A DNA stretch of 64,000 nucleotides, taken from contig CAYQBY010000001.1 in assembly GCA_964415865.1 (NCBI GenBank), forward strand, positions 26,277 to 90,276, written 5' to 3'. The stretch's first letter is position 1, and each line of letters opens with the position of its first letter. The notes beneath the pieces were generated by a model. It searched no databases. It worked only from the letters and a program-made list of their open reading frames with translations, and was not told where the DNA came from. Source of the stretch: an uncultured Piscirickettsiaceae bacterium. Its GTDB lineage: Bacteria > Pseudomonadota > Gammaproteobacteria > GCF-002020875. Below, one piece after another: positions 1 to 9,269 of the stretch. Made by a program: the position numbers and the translations under genes.

Positions 1-513
1 TTGATGGGGTATCTCAATCCAATTGAGAACATGGGTGTGGAGAAATTCGCTGCAGCTGCGGAGGCAGCTGGTGTGGATGGTGTTCTTACAGTGGATATGC
101 CACCAGAGGAGGGGGCGGAGTTTGAGCAGATTTGTGAGGCACATGGGCTTGATCCAATCTATCTGTTGGCTCCAACCAGCACTGAGGAGAGGATTGGCAG
201 GATTGCAAATGCAGCAAGAGGCTTTATCTACTATGTTTCAGTCAAGGGGGTAACCGGATCACAGGCTCCGGATATTGCAGAGGTGGGAGATAAGGTTGAG
301 GCAATCCGCAGACAGACTGATCTTCCTGTTGGGGTGGGGTTTGGGATTAGGGATGCAGATTCAGCCGCTGCAATTGGTGCAGTGGCAGATGCGGTTGTGG
401 TGGGCAGTGTGCTGGTCTCAAAAATGGAGTCAATGCGCGAAATTCCGGATCAGATTCCACAGGCAATTGGTGGTATCCTCTCGGAGATGCGAGTAGCACT
501 GAATAACAATTAG
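1..513 (+). CDS. trpA: Tryptophan synthase alpha subunit, C-terminal part (5' end cut by window)
   Basis: Translation ...GFIYYVSVKGVTGSQ...GFGIRDADSAAAIG matches the conserved TrpA C-terminal half; ORF runs from window edge. Confidence 0.88.
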   Translation: MMGYLNPIENMGVEKFAAAAEAAGVDGVLTVDMPPEEGAEFEQICEAHGLDPIYLLAPTSTEERIGRIANAARGFIYYVSVKGVTGSQAPDIAEVGDKVEAIRRQTDLPVGVGFGIRDADSAAAIGAVADAVVVGSVLVSKMESMREIPDQIPQAIGGILSEMRVALNNN

Positions 514-529
514 AGGAAGGGAGAGATAG

Positions 530-1396
530 ATGACCTGGTTTGAAAAAATTCTTCCAAAGATCAGAACGGAAGGTGGCAAGAAAGCAGTACCAGAGGGTGT
601 CTGGATAAAGTGTCCATCCTGTGAGTCGGTTCTCTATCGTGCAGAACTGGAGCGCAACCAGGATGTCTGTCCAAAATGCAGTCACCACATGCGAATTGGT
701 GCACGTCGTCGTCTGGAACTATTTTTTGACAAGCAGAGTACGCAGGAGATTGCAGCAGATCTGGCTCCAACAGATCGACTCAACTTCAAGGATCTGAAGA
801 AATATAAAGACCGCATTGCTCAGGCACAAAAAAGCACGGGTGAGAAGGATGCACTTATTGTGATGCAGGGCAAGGTTGAGGGTGTCCCCCTGGTTGCTGC
901 TGCATTTGAGTTCAAGTTTATGGGCGGTTCAATGGGCTCTGTAGTGGGAGAACGATTTGTGCGGGCAGTAAATGTCAGCCTGGAACAGAATATCCCGCTG
1001 ATCTGTTTTAGTGCCAGTGGGGGCGCTCGTATGCAGGAGGCTCTTTTCTCTCTGATGCAGATGGCAAAGACCAGTGCTGCATTGACCAGATTGGCAGATC
1101 GTGGTCTTCCGTTTATCTCGGTCTTGACCGATCCAACCATGGGCGGTGTCTCTGCCAGCTTTGCCATGCTGGGTGATCTGAATGTTGCGGAGCCTAATGC
1201 ACTTATCGGTTTTGCTGGCCCTCGAGTGATTGAGCAGACGGTGCGTGAAAAACTTCCGGAAGGCTTTCAACGTAGTGAATTTTTGGTAGAGCACGGTGCA
1301 GTTGACATGATCATTGATCGCCGGGAGGTGCGAGAGAAACTCTCATCCATACTCTCCATGATGATGGAGCATCATCAGCAATCATCAGCTGCCTGA
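530..1396 (+). CDS. accD: Acetyl-CoA carboxylase carboxyltransferase beta subunit
   Basis: N-terminal CPSC...CPKC zinc ribbon, carboxyltransferase core; AGGAAGG SD before ATG at 530; trpA-accD-folC synteny. Confidence 0.95.
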   Translation: MTWFEKILPKIRTEGGKKAVPEGVWIKCPSCESVLYRAELERNQDVCPKCSHHMRIGARRRLELFFDKQSTQEIAADLAPTDRLNFKDLKKYKDRIAQAQKSTGEKDALIVMQGKVEGVPLVAAAFEFKFMGGSMGSVVGERFVRAVNVSLEQNIPLICFSASGGARMQEALFSLMQMAKTSAALTRLADRGLPFISVLTDPTMGGVSASFAMLGDLNVAEPNALIGFAGPRVIEQTVREKLPEGFQRSEFLVEHGAVDMIIDRREVREKLSSILSMMMEHHQQSSAA

Positions 1397-1397
1397 T

Positions 1398-2654
1398 TTG
1401 AGAACTCTGGATGAGTGGCTCTTCTGGCAGGAGAGTCTACACCCGGAAGAGATTGAACTGGGGCTGGATCGCATCCGTCAGGTTGGTATGCGGCTGGATC
1501 TGCTCTCCCCAGAGGCAAAAGTTGTCACCATTGGGGGAACCAATGGCAAGGGTTCATCAGCTGCTATTCTTGAGTCTATTGCACTTGCTGCGGGTTTAAG
1601 TGTCGGGGTCTATACCTCACCCCATCTGTTACGTTACAACGAGAGAATCAGGGTCAACGGTGAGGTAGTCACGGATGAGCTCTTGGGTGATTCTTTTGAG
1701 ATTGTCGATAGGGCGCGTCAGGATGATTCGCTCACCTACTTCGAGTTCGGTACCCTTGCAGCCCTGGATATTTTCAGGCGCCACTCTCTGGATCTTGTTG
1801 TGCTTGAGGTTGGATTGGGCGGACGTCTGGATGCAGTGAATATTATAGATGCGGATGTTGCACTACTCACCACGGTTGATCTGGATCACCAATCATGGCT
1901 TGGAGAGAGTCTGGAAGAGATAGGCAGGGAGAAGGCCGGTATTTTTAGAGCTGGTAGCCCTGCCGTAATTGGGGAGTTTAACTCCCCCTCTACCGTACTG
2001 GATTATGCAAAAAAGGTTGGTGCACCAATCTTCAGGATAGGGCGGGATTTCTGTTTTGTCAGCGGTGATGCAGAGTGGTCATGGAGAGGATCAAGCGGCC
2101 GAGAGATCTATAATCTTCCATATCCTCCATTGATAGGGGAGGTTCAGGTGCAGAATTGCGCTGCTGTGCTGGAGGTGGTTGACCGTTTGGGGTTGATGAA
2201 TAAAGTTGGAGAGACAAAGATTGCTGAAGGCATCTCTCAGGTAGCATTGGCAGGACGTTTTCAGACTATCCGGCATCACCCTGATGTTATTGTAGATGTC
2301 TCTCATAATCCTCAGGCAGCTGAAGTCCTTGCTGAAAATTTGTCAGCAACAGCATCGGATGGAAAAACTATTGCAGTGGTTGCCATGTTGAAAGATAAAG
2401 AGATGGAGCGGGTTATTGAGGCTCTATATCTGGAGGTGGATCAGTGGATGGTGGCTGGACTTGACGTGGTACGTGGAGCATCCTCAACTGAGATGGAGAA
2501 GGTGGTAGTATCTACGGTTGGTGATTCTGTAGTTAACTCATTTGAGAGTGTGCGGTTGGCATTTGAATCTGCCAGTAGGGTTGCGGATAGTGGTGATCGA
2601 ATTATTGTTTTTGGGTCATTTTATACAGTTGCGGCTGTTCTTAAGATTACATAG
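1398..2654 (+). CDS. folC: Dihydrofolate synthase / folylpolyglutamate synthase
   Basis: GGTNGKGS P-loop, collinear with E. coli FolC over full length; start likely TTG at 1398 immediately after accD stop (no in-frame ATG before conserved N-terminus). Confidence 0.88.
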   Translation: MRTLDEWLFWQESLHPEEIELGLDRIRQVGMRLDLLSPEAKVVTIGGTNGKGSSAAILESIALAAGLSVGVYTSPHLLRYNERIRVNGEVVTDELLGDSFEIVDRARQDDSLTYFEFGTLAALDIFRRHSLDLVVLEVGLGGRLDAVNIIDADVALLTTVDLDHQSWLGESLEEIGREKAGIFRAGSPAVIGEFNSPSTVLDYAKKVGAPIFRIGRDFCFVSGDAEWSWRGSSGREIYNLPYPPLIGEVQVQNCAAVLEVVDRLGLMNKVGETKIAEGISQVALAGRFQTIRHHPDVIVDVSHNPQAAEVLAENLSATASDGKTIAVVAMLKDKEMERVIEALYLEVDQWMVAGLDVVRGASSTEMEKVVVSTVGDSVVNSFESVRLAFESASRVADSGDRIIVFGSFYTVAAVLKIT

Positions 2655-2674
2655 CGATTAGAGAGAGGTCTGTT

Positions 2675-3283
2675 GTGCTTCAAAAAGTTGAGTTAAAACA
2701 ACGTATTATTGGTGGAGTCGTCTTGGTTTCACTAGCCGTGATTCTGGTCCCTTTTCTAATGGATGATCCACGTGAGGAGGTAAAGCTGATTGAGAGCAAT
2801 ATACCTCCATGGCCTGACAACCTTCCCAAAACAGTTATTGAGATTGGTGATGATGATTTTTTACCGACCCCAAAGCCTGTTACATCTGCAAAGCAGGCGT
2901 CTAAGCCTGTAGCAGAAAAGATATCGGTGACCAAGGTAAAACCTAAACCTAAACCTAAGCCTAAGCCTAAGTCCAAGGCAAAATTTATAGTTAAGTCTGA
3001 TGATAACTTAACACCTAAAGACAAAAGTGGAACAAGATACGAGGTTCAGGTTGTAAGTTATGGCGAAAAGAGCAGAAAGCGGGCTGAGGCTTTTCTAAAG
3101 AAGATGCAGAAAAAGGGTTATAAGGTCAGGTTGAGTGAGGCAACCAGAAAAGGGAAGAAAAGCCTGCGTATTGTGACTGAGCCTCTGGCCTCACAAAAAG
3201 AGGCTAATGCTATGAGCAAGAAGATCGACAAGGAGTTCAAGGTGGATCAGGTTAAATCTATGGTTCGTTCTCTGAAGAAGTGA
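2675..3283 (+). CDS. dedD: DedD-like cell-division protein (N-terminal TM anchor, PK-repeat linker, C-terminal SPOR domain)
   Basis: GTG start with AGAGAGAGG SD; hydrophobic anchor IIGGVVLVSLAVILVPFL; KPKPKPKPKPKSK linker; SPOR-like C-terminus; position after folC as in E. coli. Confidence 0.7.
   Translation: MLQKVELKQRIIGGVVLVSLAVILVPFLMDDPREEVKLIESNIPPWPDNLPKTVIEIGDDDFLPTPKPVTSAKQASKPVAEKISVTKVKPKPKPKPKPKSKAKFIVKSDDNLTPKDKSGTRYEVQVVSYGEKSRKRAEAFLKKMQKKGYKVRLSEATRKGKKSLRIVTEPLASQKEANAMSKKIDKEFKVDQVKSMVRSLKK
2939..2974. repeat. Tandem hexanucleotide repeat (AAACCT/AAGCCT) x5-6 encoding (KP)n in dedD linker
   Basis: aaacctaaacctaaacctaagcctaagcctaag read directly from sequence. Confidence 0.85.
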
Positions 3284-5565
3284 GTGGTACTAAAAAGCGA
3301 TCTAGTCGTCAGAAAAAGAGAGTAGTTCACTCAACCAGACGTAGTTGGTTACGCAGGATTCTGCGTTATATCTCTGTTGTTCTGGTTCCAGCTCTTCTGT
3401 TTTATACGCTCTGGCTGGATTTTACAGTTCGTGACCAGTTTGAGGGTAAGCGGTGGGAGCTGCCAGCACGGGTGTATGCCTCTCCGCTTGAGCTCTATGT
3501 TGGAAAAGAGATCAGTGCTGATCAGTTGAGCGGTTCTCTTGATCGTCTGGGGTATCGTAAAAGTCCCCGCTCTCTCTTGCAAAGAGAGGGAAGTTATTCT
3601 CATCAAGGCAACAGAGTTGCTCTCCATAGCAGGCGATTCCATTTCTGGGATGGGGTAGAGCAGTCAAGAGAGATTCAGCTCAATTTCAGTCGCGGCAAGA
3701 TCTCTCGACTAATTGATCTTGTAGATGGTGAGAATGTTGGGGTGGTTCGTCTTGATCCACTATCTATAGGAAGTTTCTACCCATCCCATGGTGAGGATCG
3801 CATCCTGTTTCGTCTGGAAGATCTTCCGAAGTCACTGGCTCGTACCCTGATAACGGTTGAGGATCGCTCATTTTATACCCACTATGGAATAAGCCCATCC
3901 GGGATGGTCAGGGCGTTGTTTGCCAATCTGCGTGCTGGAAGAGCTGTGCAGGGTGGAAGTACGTTGACTCAGCAGTTGTCCAAAAATCTATTTTTGACCA
4001 GAGAGCGCACCATCTGGAGAAAATTTCGTGAACTGCTTATTACCTTTATCCTGGAGTTTCACTACCAGAAGGAAGAGATTCTTGAGGCCTATCTGAACGA
4101 GGTCTATTTCGGGCAGGATCAACGCCGAGCAATTCATGGTGTAGGGATGGCCAGCAGATTCTTCTTTGGTCATGATGCAGGTCAATTGACGCTTGCCAAG
4201 TCTGCGCTGCTGGTTGGGATGTTAAAGGGGCCCTCTTGGTATAACCCCAGAAGACACCCAGAGCGTGCCAAGAAGCGGAGGAATATGATTATTGATCTTC
4301 TGCTGCAACAGGGTGAGATCTCTGAGAGGGAGGCTGTAATGGCAAAACGTTCTCCGCTTGGGGTACTGGAGATGGCTCCATCCGGGCAGTCACGACATCC
4401 GGCATTTCTTGATCTGGTGCGCAGACAGATTTTGCGTGACTACAACAGGGATGATCTGGTATCTGCAGGGTTGCAGATTTTTACCACTCTTGATCCTCAG
4501 GTTCAGCAGGCTGCAGAAGGTAGTCTGCAAGAGAGAATGCGTGAACTTAAAAGGAGAGGTAAGGGTACTCTGCAGGGAGCAGTGGTTGTGGTTCATCCTG
4601 AGAGTGGTGAGGTTGAGGCGTTGGTTGGTGGGAAAGATCCGCGCTCGGCCGGATTTAACCGTGCACTTAATGCTATTCGTCCCATTGGCTCACTGGTAAA
4701 GCCGGCGCTCTTTCTGACTGCGCTGGAACAGCCACAACGTTATACCTTGGCAAGCTCTCTGATAGATAGGCCATTTGAGGTTGGGAAGGGGAAGAATCGC
4801 TGGCGCCCAATGAATTACGACAAAAAATCACATGGTAATGTTCAGCTTCATCATGCACTGAGCCGCTCGTATAATCTATCTAGTGCACGATTGGGGGTTG
4901 ATCTTGGGGTAGGAAGAGTTGTCCATACCCTGCAGCGACTTGGAGTTGAACGTGATATTTCTCGTTATCCATCAATCTTTCTGGGGTCTCTGGAATTGTC
5001 ACCACTGGAGGTCGCGGAATTTTATCAACCTCTTGCGAGTGGAGGTGTGCGCTCTCCGCTACGTTCAATTCGTGCAGTGATAAATCGGAATGGGAAACCT
5101 CTCAACCGTTACCCTCTTCATGTTGAAGAGGTGGTCTCACCTAAGGCAATTGCCCTGTTGCAGTGGGGGATGCAGGAGGTAGTTAGCTCCGGAACAGCAC
5201 GTTATCTGCAACAGATGGTTACACCCTCCATGAGGCCTGCCGGAAAAACTGGTACTACAGATGAGTTGAGAGATAGCTGGTTTGCTGGTTTTAGTGGTAA
5301 TCATCTGGCAGTTGTCTGGATGGGCAGGGATGATAATAAGCCGGCAGGATTGACGGGATCATCTGGTGCAATGCGGGTTTGGGGTAAATTGATGTCGAAA
5401 CTCCCTGTGAAGCCACTTGATGTTCTCTATCCGGATGGGGTGGTCAAGGTGTGGGTCAATGCCGATGGGGACAGAGTATCAAAAGGGTGCTCAGGTGCTC
5501 TGGAGATACCCTTTATCAAGGGCAGTGAACCAGATAGAGCGGTACAATGTGGCTCAAATGGATAG
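3280..5565 (+). CDS. mrcB: Penicillin-binding protein 1B (bifunctional glycosyltransferase/transpeptidase)
   Basis: Basic cytoplasmic tail, TM, GT51 motifs (EDRSFYTHYGIS, GGSTLTQQL), transpeptidase SxxK/KTG; 761 aa; GTG start overlapping dedD stop. Confidence 0.9.
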   Translation: MSGTKKRSSRQKKRVVHSTRRSWLRRILRYISVVLVPALLFYTLWLDFTVRDQFEGKRWELPARVYASPLELYVGKEISADQLSGSLDRLGYRKSPRSLLQREGSYSHQGNRVALHSRRFHFWDGVEQSREIQLNFSRGKISRLIDLVDGENVGVVRLDPLSIGSFYPSHGEDRILFRLEDLPKSLARTLITVEDRSFYTHYGISPSGMVRALFANLRAGRAVQGGSTLTQQLSKNLFLTRERTIWRKFRELLITFILEFHYQKEEILEAYLNEVYFGQDQRRAIHGVGMASRFFFGHDAGQLTLAKSALLVGMLKGPSWYNPRRHPERAKKRRNMIIDLLLQQGEISEREAVMAKRSPLGVLEMAPSGQSRHPAFLDLVRRQILRDYNRDDLVSAGLQIFTTLDPQVQQAAEGSLQERMRELKRRGKGTLQGAVVVVHPESGEVEALVGGKDPRSAGFNRALNAIRPIGSLVKPALFLTALEQPQRYTLASSLIDRPFEVGKGKNRWRPMNYDKKSHGNVQLHHALSRSYNLSSARLGVDLGVGRVVHTLQRLGVERDISRYPSIFLGSLELSPLEVAEFYQPLASGGVRSPLRSIRAVINRNGKPLNRYPLHVEEVVSPKAIALLQWGMQEVVSSGTARYLQQMVTPSMRPAGKTGTTDELRDSWFAGFSGNHLAVVWMGRDDNKPAGLTGSSGAMRVWGKLMSKLPVKPLDVLYPDGVVKVWVNADGDRVSKGCSGALEIPFIKGSEPDRAVQCGSNG

Positions 5566-6061
5566 AGTACAGAAATGGATTTTGCCTCTCAGCATTATGT
5601 TGATTGCGGGCTGTAGTACATCAACAAGGGTGCCTCCGGTAGAGGAGTACTCATCATCCACTCCTGTTGTTTCAGTAGCCGGATCTCCCGTGCAAAGAGC
5701 TGTAGCCGCAACACCTATATCTATGGATAGAGCCCCCTCTTTATCTGATCCTCTGCAAGAGATGTTGGGTCAGATTGAGCAGGCACTACGGCAGGGAGAG
5801 CTGTCGAGAGCCGAGATTCTATTGGAACGTGCCCTGCGGATTGATGCACAGCGTGCCAGTCTCTGGCATGATCTTGCCAGAATTCGTTACCAGCAGAAAT
5901 CGTACAAAGAGAGCGTAACGCTGGCGCAACGCTCCAACCGGTGGGCATCCGGCAAACCAGTTTTGCAAAAGGAAAATTGGACACTGATTGCGCAATCAAA
6001 AGAGGCGCTTGGAGACTCTGCCGGAGCGCGTCAGGCCTGGATTAACGTGGGTGGTAATTGA
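5558..6061 (+). CDS. Lipoprotein with TPR-like helices, LpoP-like candidate PBP1B activator
   Basis: ATG at 5558 overlaps mrcB stop by 8 nt; lipobox LIAG-C after hydrophobic signal; helical TPR-like C-terminus; adjacent to mrcB as lpoP is to ponB in Pseudomonas. Confidence 0.5.
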   Translation: MDRVQKWILPLSIMLIAGCSTSTRVPPVEEYSSSTPVVSVAGSPVQRAVAATPISMDRAPSLSDPLQEMLGQIEQALRQGELSRAEILLERALRIDAQRASLWHDLARIRYQQKSYKESVTLAQRSNRWASGKPVLQKENWTLIAQSKEALGDSAGARQAWINVGGN

Positions 6062-7998
6062 TGGATTTTGATATCCCCTCGGAGGTGCTTGGTGACAAGG
6101 GACCATTTGCCAGTGCAATTGACGGGTTTCAGACTCGTCAGCCACAGATGGAGATGGCTGATGCCGTCGAGATGGCAATAGGGGATGAGAGTGTTCTGGT
6201 GGCTGAAGCTGGTACAGGTACTGGTAAAACCTACGCCTATCTGGTTCCTGCACTGCTATCTGGAAAACGGGTGATTGTCTCAACCGGCACCAAAAACCTG
6301 CAGGATCAGCTATATCATCGTGATCTTCCTGCAGTACGCAAGATTTTGGGGGCCTCTTCGGTGACTGCATTATTAAAGGGTAGATCAAACTACCTCTGTA
6401 TCCATAGACTCAATCTGACTGAAGACCAGGGACGTTTCTACTCCAGACGAGAGTCAGCCAAGTTCATGAAGATCAGGCGGTGGTCAATGGAGACAGTTAG
6501 TGGTGATATTGCAGAGATGAGTGATGTGGAGGAGGGGGATATGCTCTGGCCAAGAGTGACCTCAACCGCAGATAACTGTTTGGGGCAGGAGTGTCCGGAT
6601 TGGGAGGAGTGTCATGTGGTTAATGCAAGACGCAGGGCGCAGGAGGCTGATCTTGTTGTGGTCAATCATCACCTCTTTTTTGCCGATATGGCACTTAAGG
6701 ATGAGGGGTTTGGCGAACTCCTGCCAGGGGCGAATGCGGTTATCTTTGATGAGGCTCATCAGCTTGCAGAGACGGCAACCAGCTTTTTTGGTGAGCGTAT
6801 CAGCCATCGTCAGCTACAGGAGCTTGCGGAGGATACGATTGCAGAGTATCTAACAGATGCTCCTGATCATAAATTATTGCAGGAGTATGCTGATGGATTG
6901 AAGAAATCTGTTGCCGATTTTCGTCTTGTGTTGGATGAATCCATGGGGCGTTATCCATGGGCACAGGTATCTGCAAGATCAGGATTTCAACAGGCTACAG
7001 ACGATCTGCAGGACTCTATTGAGAAGTTGACGGCAGAGCTAAAGAAAGTAGCAGATCGTGGCAAGGGGTTGGAGGGGTGTGCACAACGTGGAGATGAATT
7101 GCTTGACAGGTTTGTCCGCTTGACAGGCACAGCCCCTGCAGGACAGATTCACTGGATGGAGCAGCACAAGAGTGGGTTTGCAATTCACCATACCCCGCTT
7201 GAGATCAGGGAGACCTTTCAGGAACACATGGCAAGTCGGAAGTGTAGCTGGATCTTTACCTCGGCCACCCTGGCGGTGGATGAAAAATTCGACCATTTTT
7301 TGCGCGAGTTCGGAATTGAAGAGGCAGAGACAGTACGCTGGGAGAGCCCCTTTGATTTCAACAGGCAGTCACTGTTTTTTCATCCCCAGGGGCTTCCGCT
7401 CCCCAATAGTCCTGAGTATGGAACAAAAATGATGGAGGCAATGTTGCCGGTTATAGAGGCAAGTCAGGGACGTACCTTTCTGCTCTTTACCAGCCACCGT
7501 GCATTACGAAGTGCTGCAGAGTTTTTGCGTGAGCATGAGGTTGAGTTTCCTCTGTTGGTTCAGGGTGAATCACCAAGAAGCCAGTTGCTCGACCGTTTCA
7601 GAAGGCTTGGTAATGCCGTACTTCTTGGGGCCTCAAGCTTCTGGGAAGGGGTGGATGTGCGTGGTGGGGCACTCTCTTGTGTGATTATTGACAAGTTTCC
7701 GTTTGCGTCACCGGGTGATCCTGTACTACAGGCCAAGATTCAGGCGTTGAGCAGTGAGGGTCGTAATGCCTTTATGGAGCTGCAGTTGCCACGAGCAGTT
7801 ATTGCGCTACGCCAGGGGGCAGGAAGATTGATTCGTGATGTGGAGGATAGAGGGTTGTTTGTTGTCTGTGATTCCAGACTGTTAAAGAAAAGCTATGGCC
7901 ATACCTTCCTCAACAGCCTTCCAGATATGGCAAGAACACGTAAAATTGAGGATGTGGTGGAGTTCTTCGAAACGGATAGGAGAGATGTGGCGGCATGA
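6061..7998 (+). CDS. yoaA: ATP-dependent DNA helicase, DinG/YoaA (Rad3-like) family
   Basis: Walker A AGTGTGKTYAYLVP, DEAH box (FDEAHQL), Cys cluster for Fe-S; 645 aa fits YoaA; adjacent to tsaB as yoaA/yeaZ in E. coli; ATG 6061 overlaps upstream stop (TGATG). Confidence 0.85.
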   Translation: MDFDIPSEVLGDKGPFASAIDGFQTRQPQMEMADAVEMAIGDESVLVAEAGTGTGKTYAYLVPALLSGKRVIVSTGTKNLQDQLYHRDLPAVRKILGASSVTALLKGRSNYLCIHRLNLTEDQGRFYSRRESAKFMKIRRWSMETVSGDIAEMSDVEEGDMLWPRVTSTADNCLGQECPDWEECHVVNARRRAQEADLVVVNHHLFFADMALKDEGFGELLPGANAVIFDEAHQLAETATSFFGERISHRQLQELAEDTIAEYLTDAPDHKLLQEYADGLKKSVADFRLVLDESMGRYPWAQVSARSGFQQATDDLQDSIEKLTAELKKVADRGKGLEGCAQRGDELLDRFVRLTGTAPAGQIHWMEQHKSGFAIHHTPLEIRETFQEHMASRKCSWIFTSATLAVDEKFDHFLREFGIEEAETVRWESPFDFNRQSLFFHPQGLPLPNSPEYGTKMMEAMLPVIEASQGRTFLLFTSHRALRSAAEFLREHEVEFPLLVQGESPRSQLLDRFRRLGNAVLLGASSFWEGVDVRGGALSCVIIDKFPFASPGDPVLQAKIQALSSEGRNAFMELQLPRAVIALRQGAGRLIRDVEDRGLFVVCDSRLLKKSYGHTFLNSLPDMARTRKIEDVVEFFETDRRDVAA

Positions 7999-8702
7999 GC
8001 AACAATCGTAGTCATAACAAAGAGATTAGAATTCTTGCGATTGATACCGTTACAGAGGGATGCTCTGCTGCACTACTGGTAGGTAATGAGGTGGAGGAAA
8101 AGTTTGAGATAACACCGCGTGGCCATACCAAGCGAATTTTACCTATGGTGGACGAGCTTCTATTAGAGGCAGAAATTTCACTCTCCATACTTGATGCTAT
8201 CGCTTTTGACAGAGGCCCAGGCAGCTTTACCGGGTTACGAATAACCGCAGGCGTGGTGCAGGGGCTGGCCTACGGAGCAAATCTTCCGGTAATTCCAGTC
8301 TCCTCACTGGCAGCTCTCGCCTTCGCCTCATATAGTGAGAATCAAAACAAAAATATCCTGGCGGCGATTGATGCCAGAATGGGTGAAGTCTACTGCGGGT
8401 ACTACCGAATCAATGATCACGGTCTTCCTGAATTGGTTGGTGAAGAGTCTGTGCTTTCACCTGATAAAATCACAAAACCGCAAGGTTCGTGGGTTGGAGT
8501 TGGTAGTGGGTTTGAGAGTTACAAAGAAGAGCTTAAGGAGCACTTTGGAGAGAACTTGGTTCAGATGGATGGTGATGCGCTCCCTCATGCAAAAGAGATT
8601 GCTCGCCTGGCTCTTCACGAGTTTGAACATGGAATGGTGTTAACCCCAGAAGAGGCACAGCCAGTCTATTTGAGGAACCAGGTGGTTCACCAGAAGAGTT
8701 AG
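7995..8702 (+). CDS. tsaB: tRNA threonylcarbamoyladenosine biosynthesis protein TsaB (YeaZ)
   Basis: ILAIDT...GPGSFTGLRI motif, 235 aa, ATGA overlap with helicase stop. Confidence 0.9.
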   Translation: MSNNRSHNKEIRILAIDTVTEGCSAALLVGNEVEEKFEITPRGHTKRILPMVDELLLEAEISLSILDAIAFDRGPGSFTGLRITAGVVQGLAYGANLPVIPVSSLAALAFASYSENQNKNILAAIDARMGEVYCGYYRINDHGLPELVGEESVLSPDKITKPQGSWVGVGSGFESYKEELKEHFGENLVQMDGDALPHAKEIARLALHEFEHGMVLTPEEAQPVYLRNQVVHQKS

Positions 8703-8721
8703 ATCGGTTGTCTCAATTCAG

Positions 8722-9150
8722 ATGTCAAGATATCTCGTAACAACCCACCGTACCCTCAAAATTTTGGCAGCACTCTTTTGGTATGTAGGTGGTATTGTTC
8801 TGGTGTTAAAGGGGAGTAGCCTTTTGGTGGAAGCGGATACGCTAAAGCCTGAACAAAATTGGACTTTGCAGGCTGTTGTCATTGGACTACTCATTGGAAT
8901 GCTGAAAGCAAAATATCTTTTCAGCAAGAGCTGCAAGAAAAACCTCTCCAGAATAGCTTTGTTAAAAGAGCCTAAAGTATGGCAATGCTTCAGGCCACGA
9001 TTCTTTATGTTTTTGGCAATTATGGCTATGGCTGGGGTAACGTTATCCGGGATGGCTCACAACGACTACATCTTTCTAATCAGCGTGGCTATACTTGATA
9101 TCAGTATTGCAACAGCTCTTTTGGCAAGTAGCTATCTCTTTTGGAAGTAA
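8722..9150 (+). CDS. Hypothetical small inner-membrane protein (about 4 predicted TM helices)
   Basis: 142-aa ORF with four hydrophobic stretches; followed by strong bidirectional terminator; no recognisable family. Confidence 0.45.
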   Translation: MSRYLVTTHRTLKILAALFWYVGGIVLVLKGSSLLVEADTLKPEQNWTLQAVVIGLLIGMLKAKYLFSKSCKKNLSRIALLKEPKVWQCFRPRFFMFLAIMAMAGVTLSGMAHNDYIFLISVAILDISIATALLASSYLFWK

Positions 9151-9216
9151 GTGGTGATTTAGGTGTTGCCTGGTTACTTTTCAGCAGAGTGGATCGGTAA
9201 CAGATATTACAAAAAA

Positions 9217-9250
9217 ATCCCCATGGTGTTGATTCATGGGGATTTTGTTT
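9217..9250. terminator. Bidirectional rho-independent terminator between convergent genes
   Basis: Perfect 9-bp stem atccccatg/catggggat with 9-nt loop, A-run upstream and T-rich run downstream. Confidence 0.6.
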
Positions 9251-9269
9251 GGGATTTTAGTGAATGATT

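Noticed and set aside
820-1294. Two overlapping - strand ORFs (115 and 121 aa) inside accD
   Set aside because: Antisense to a highly conserved gene, with low-complexity Ala/Pro/Arg-rich translations and no start context. Typical shadow ORFs.
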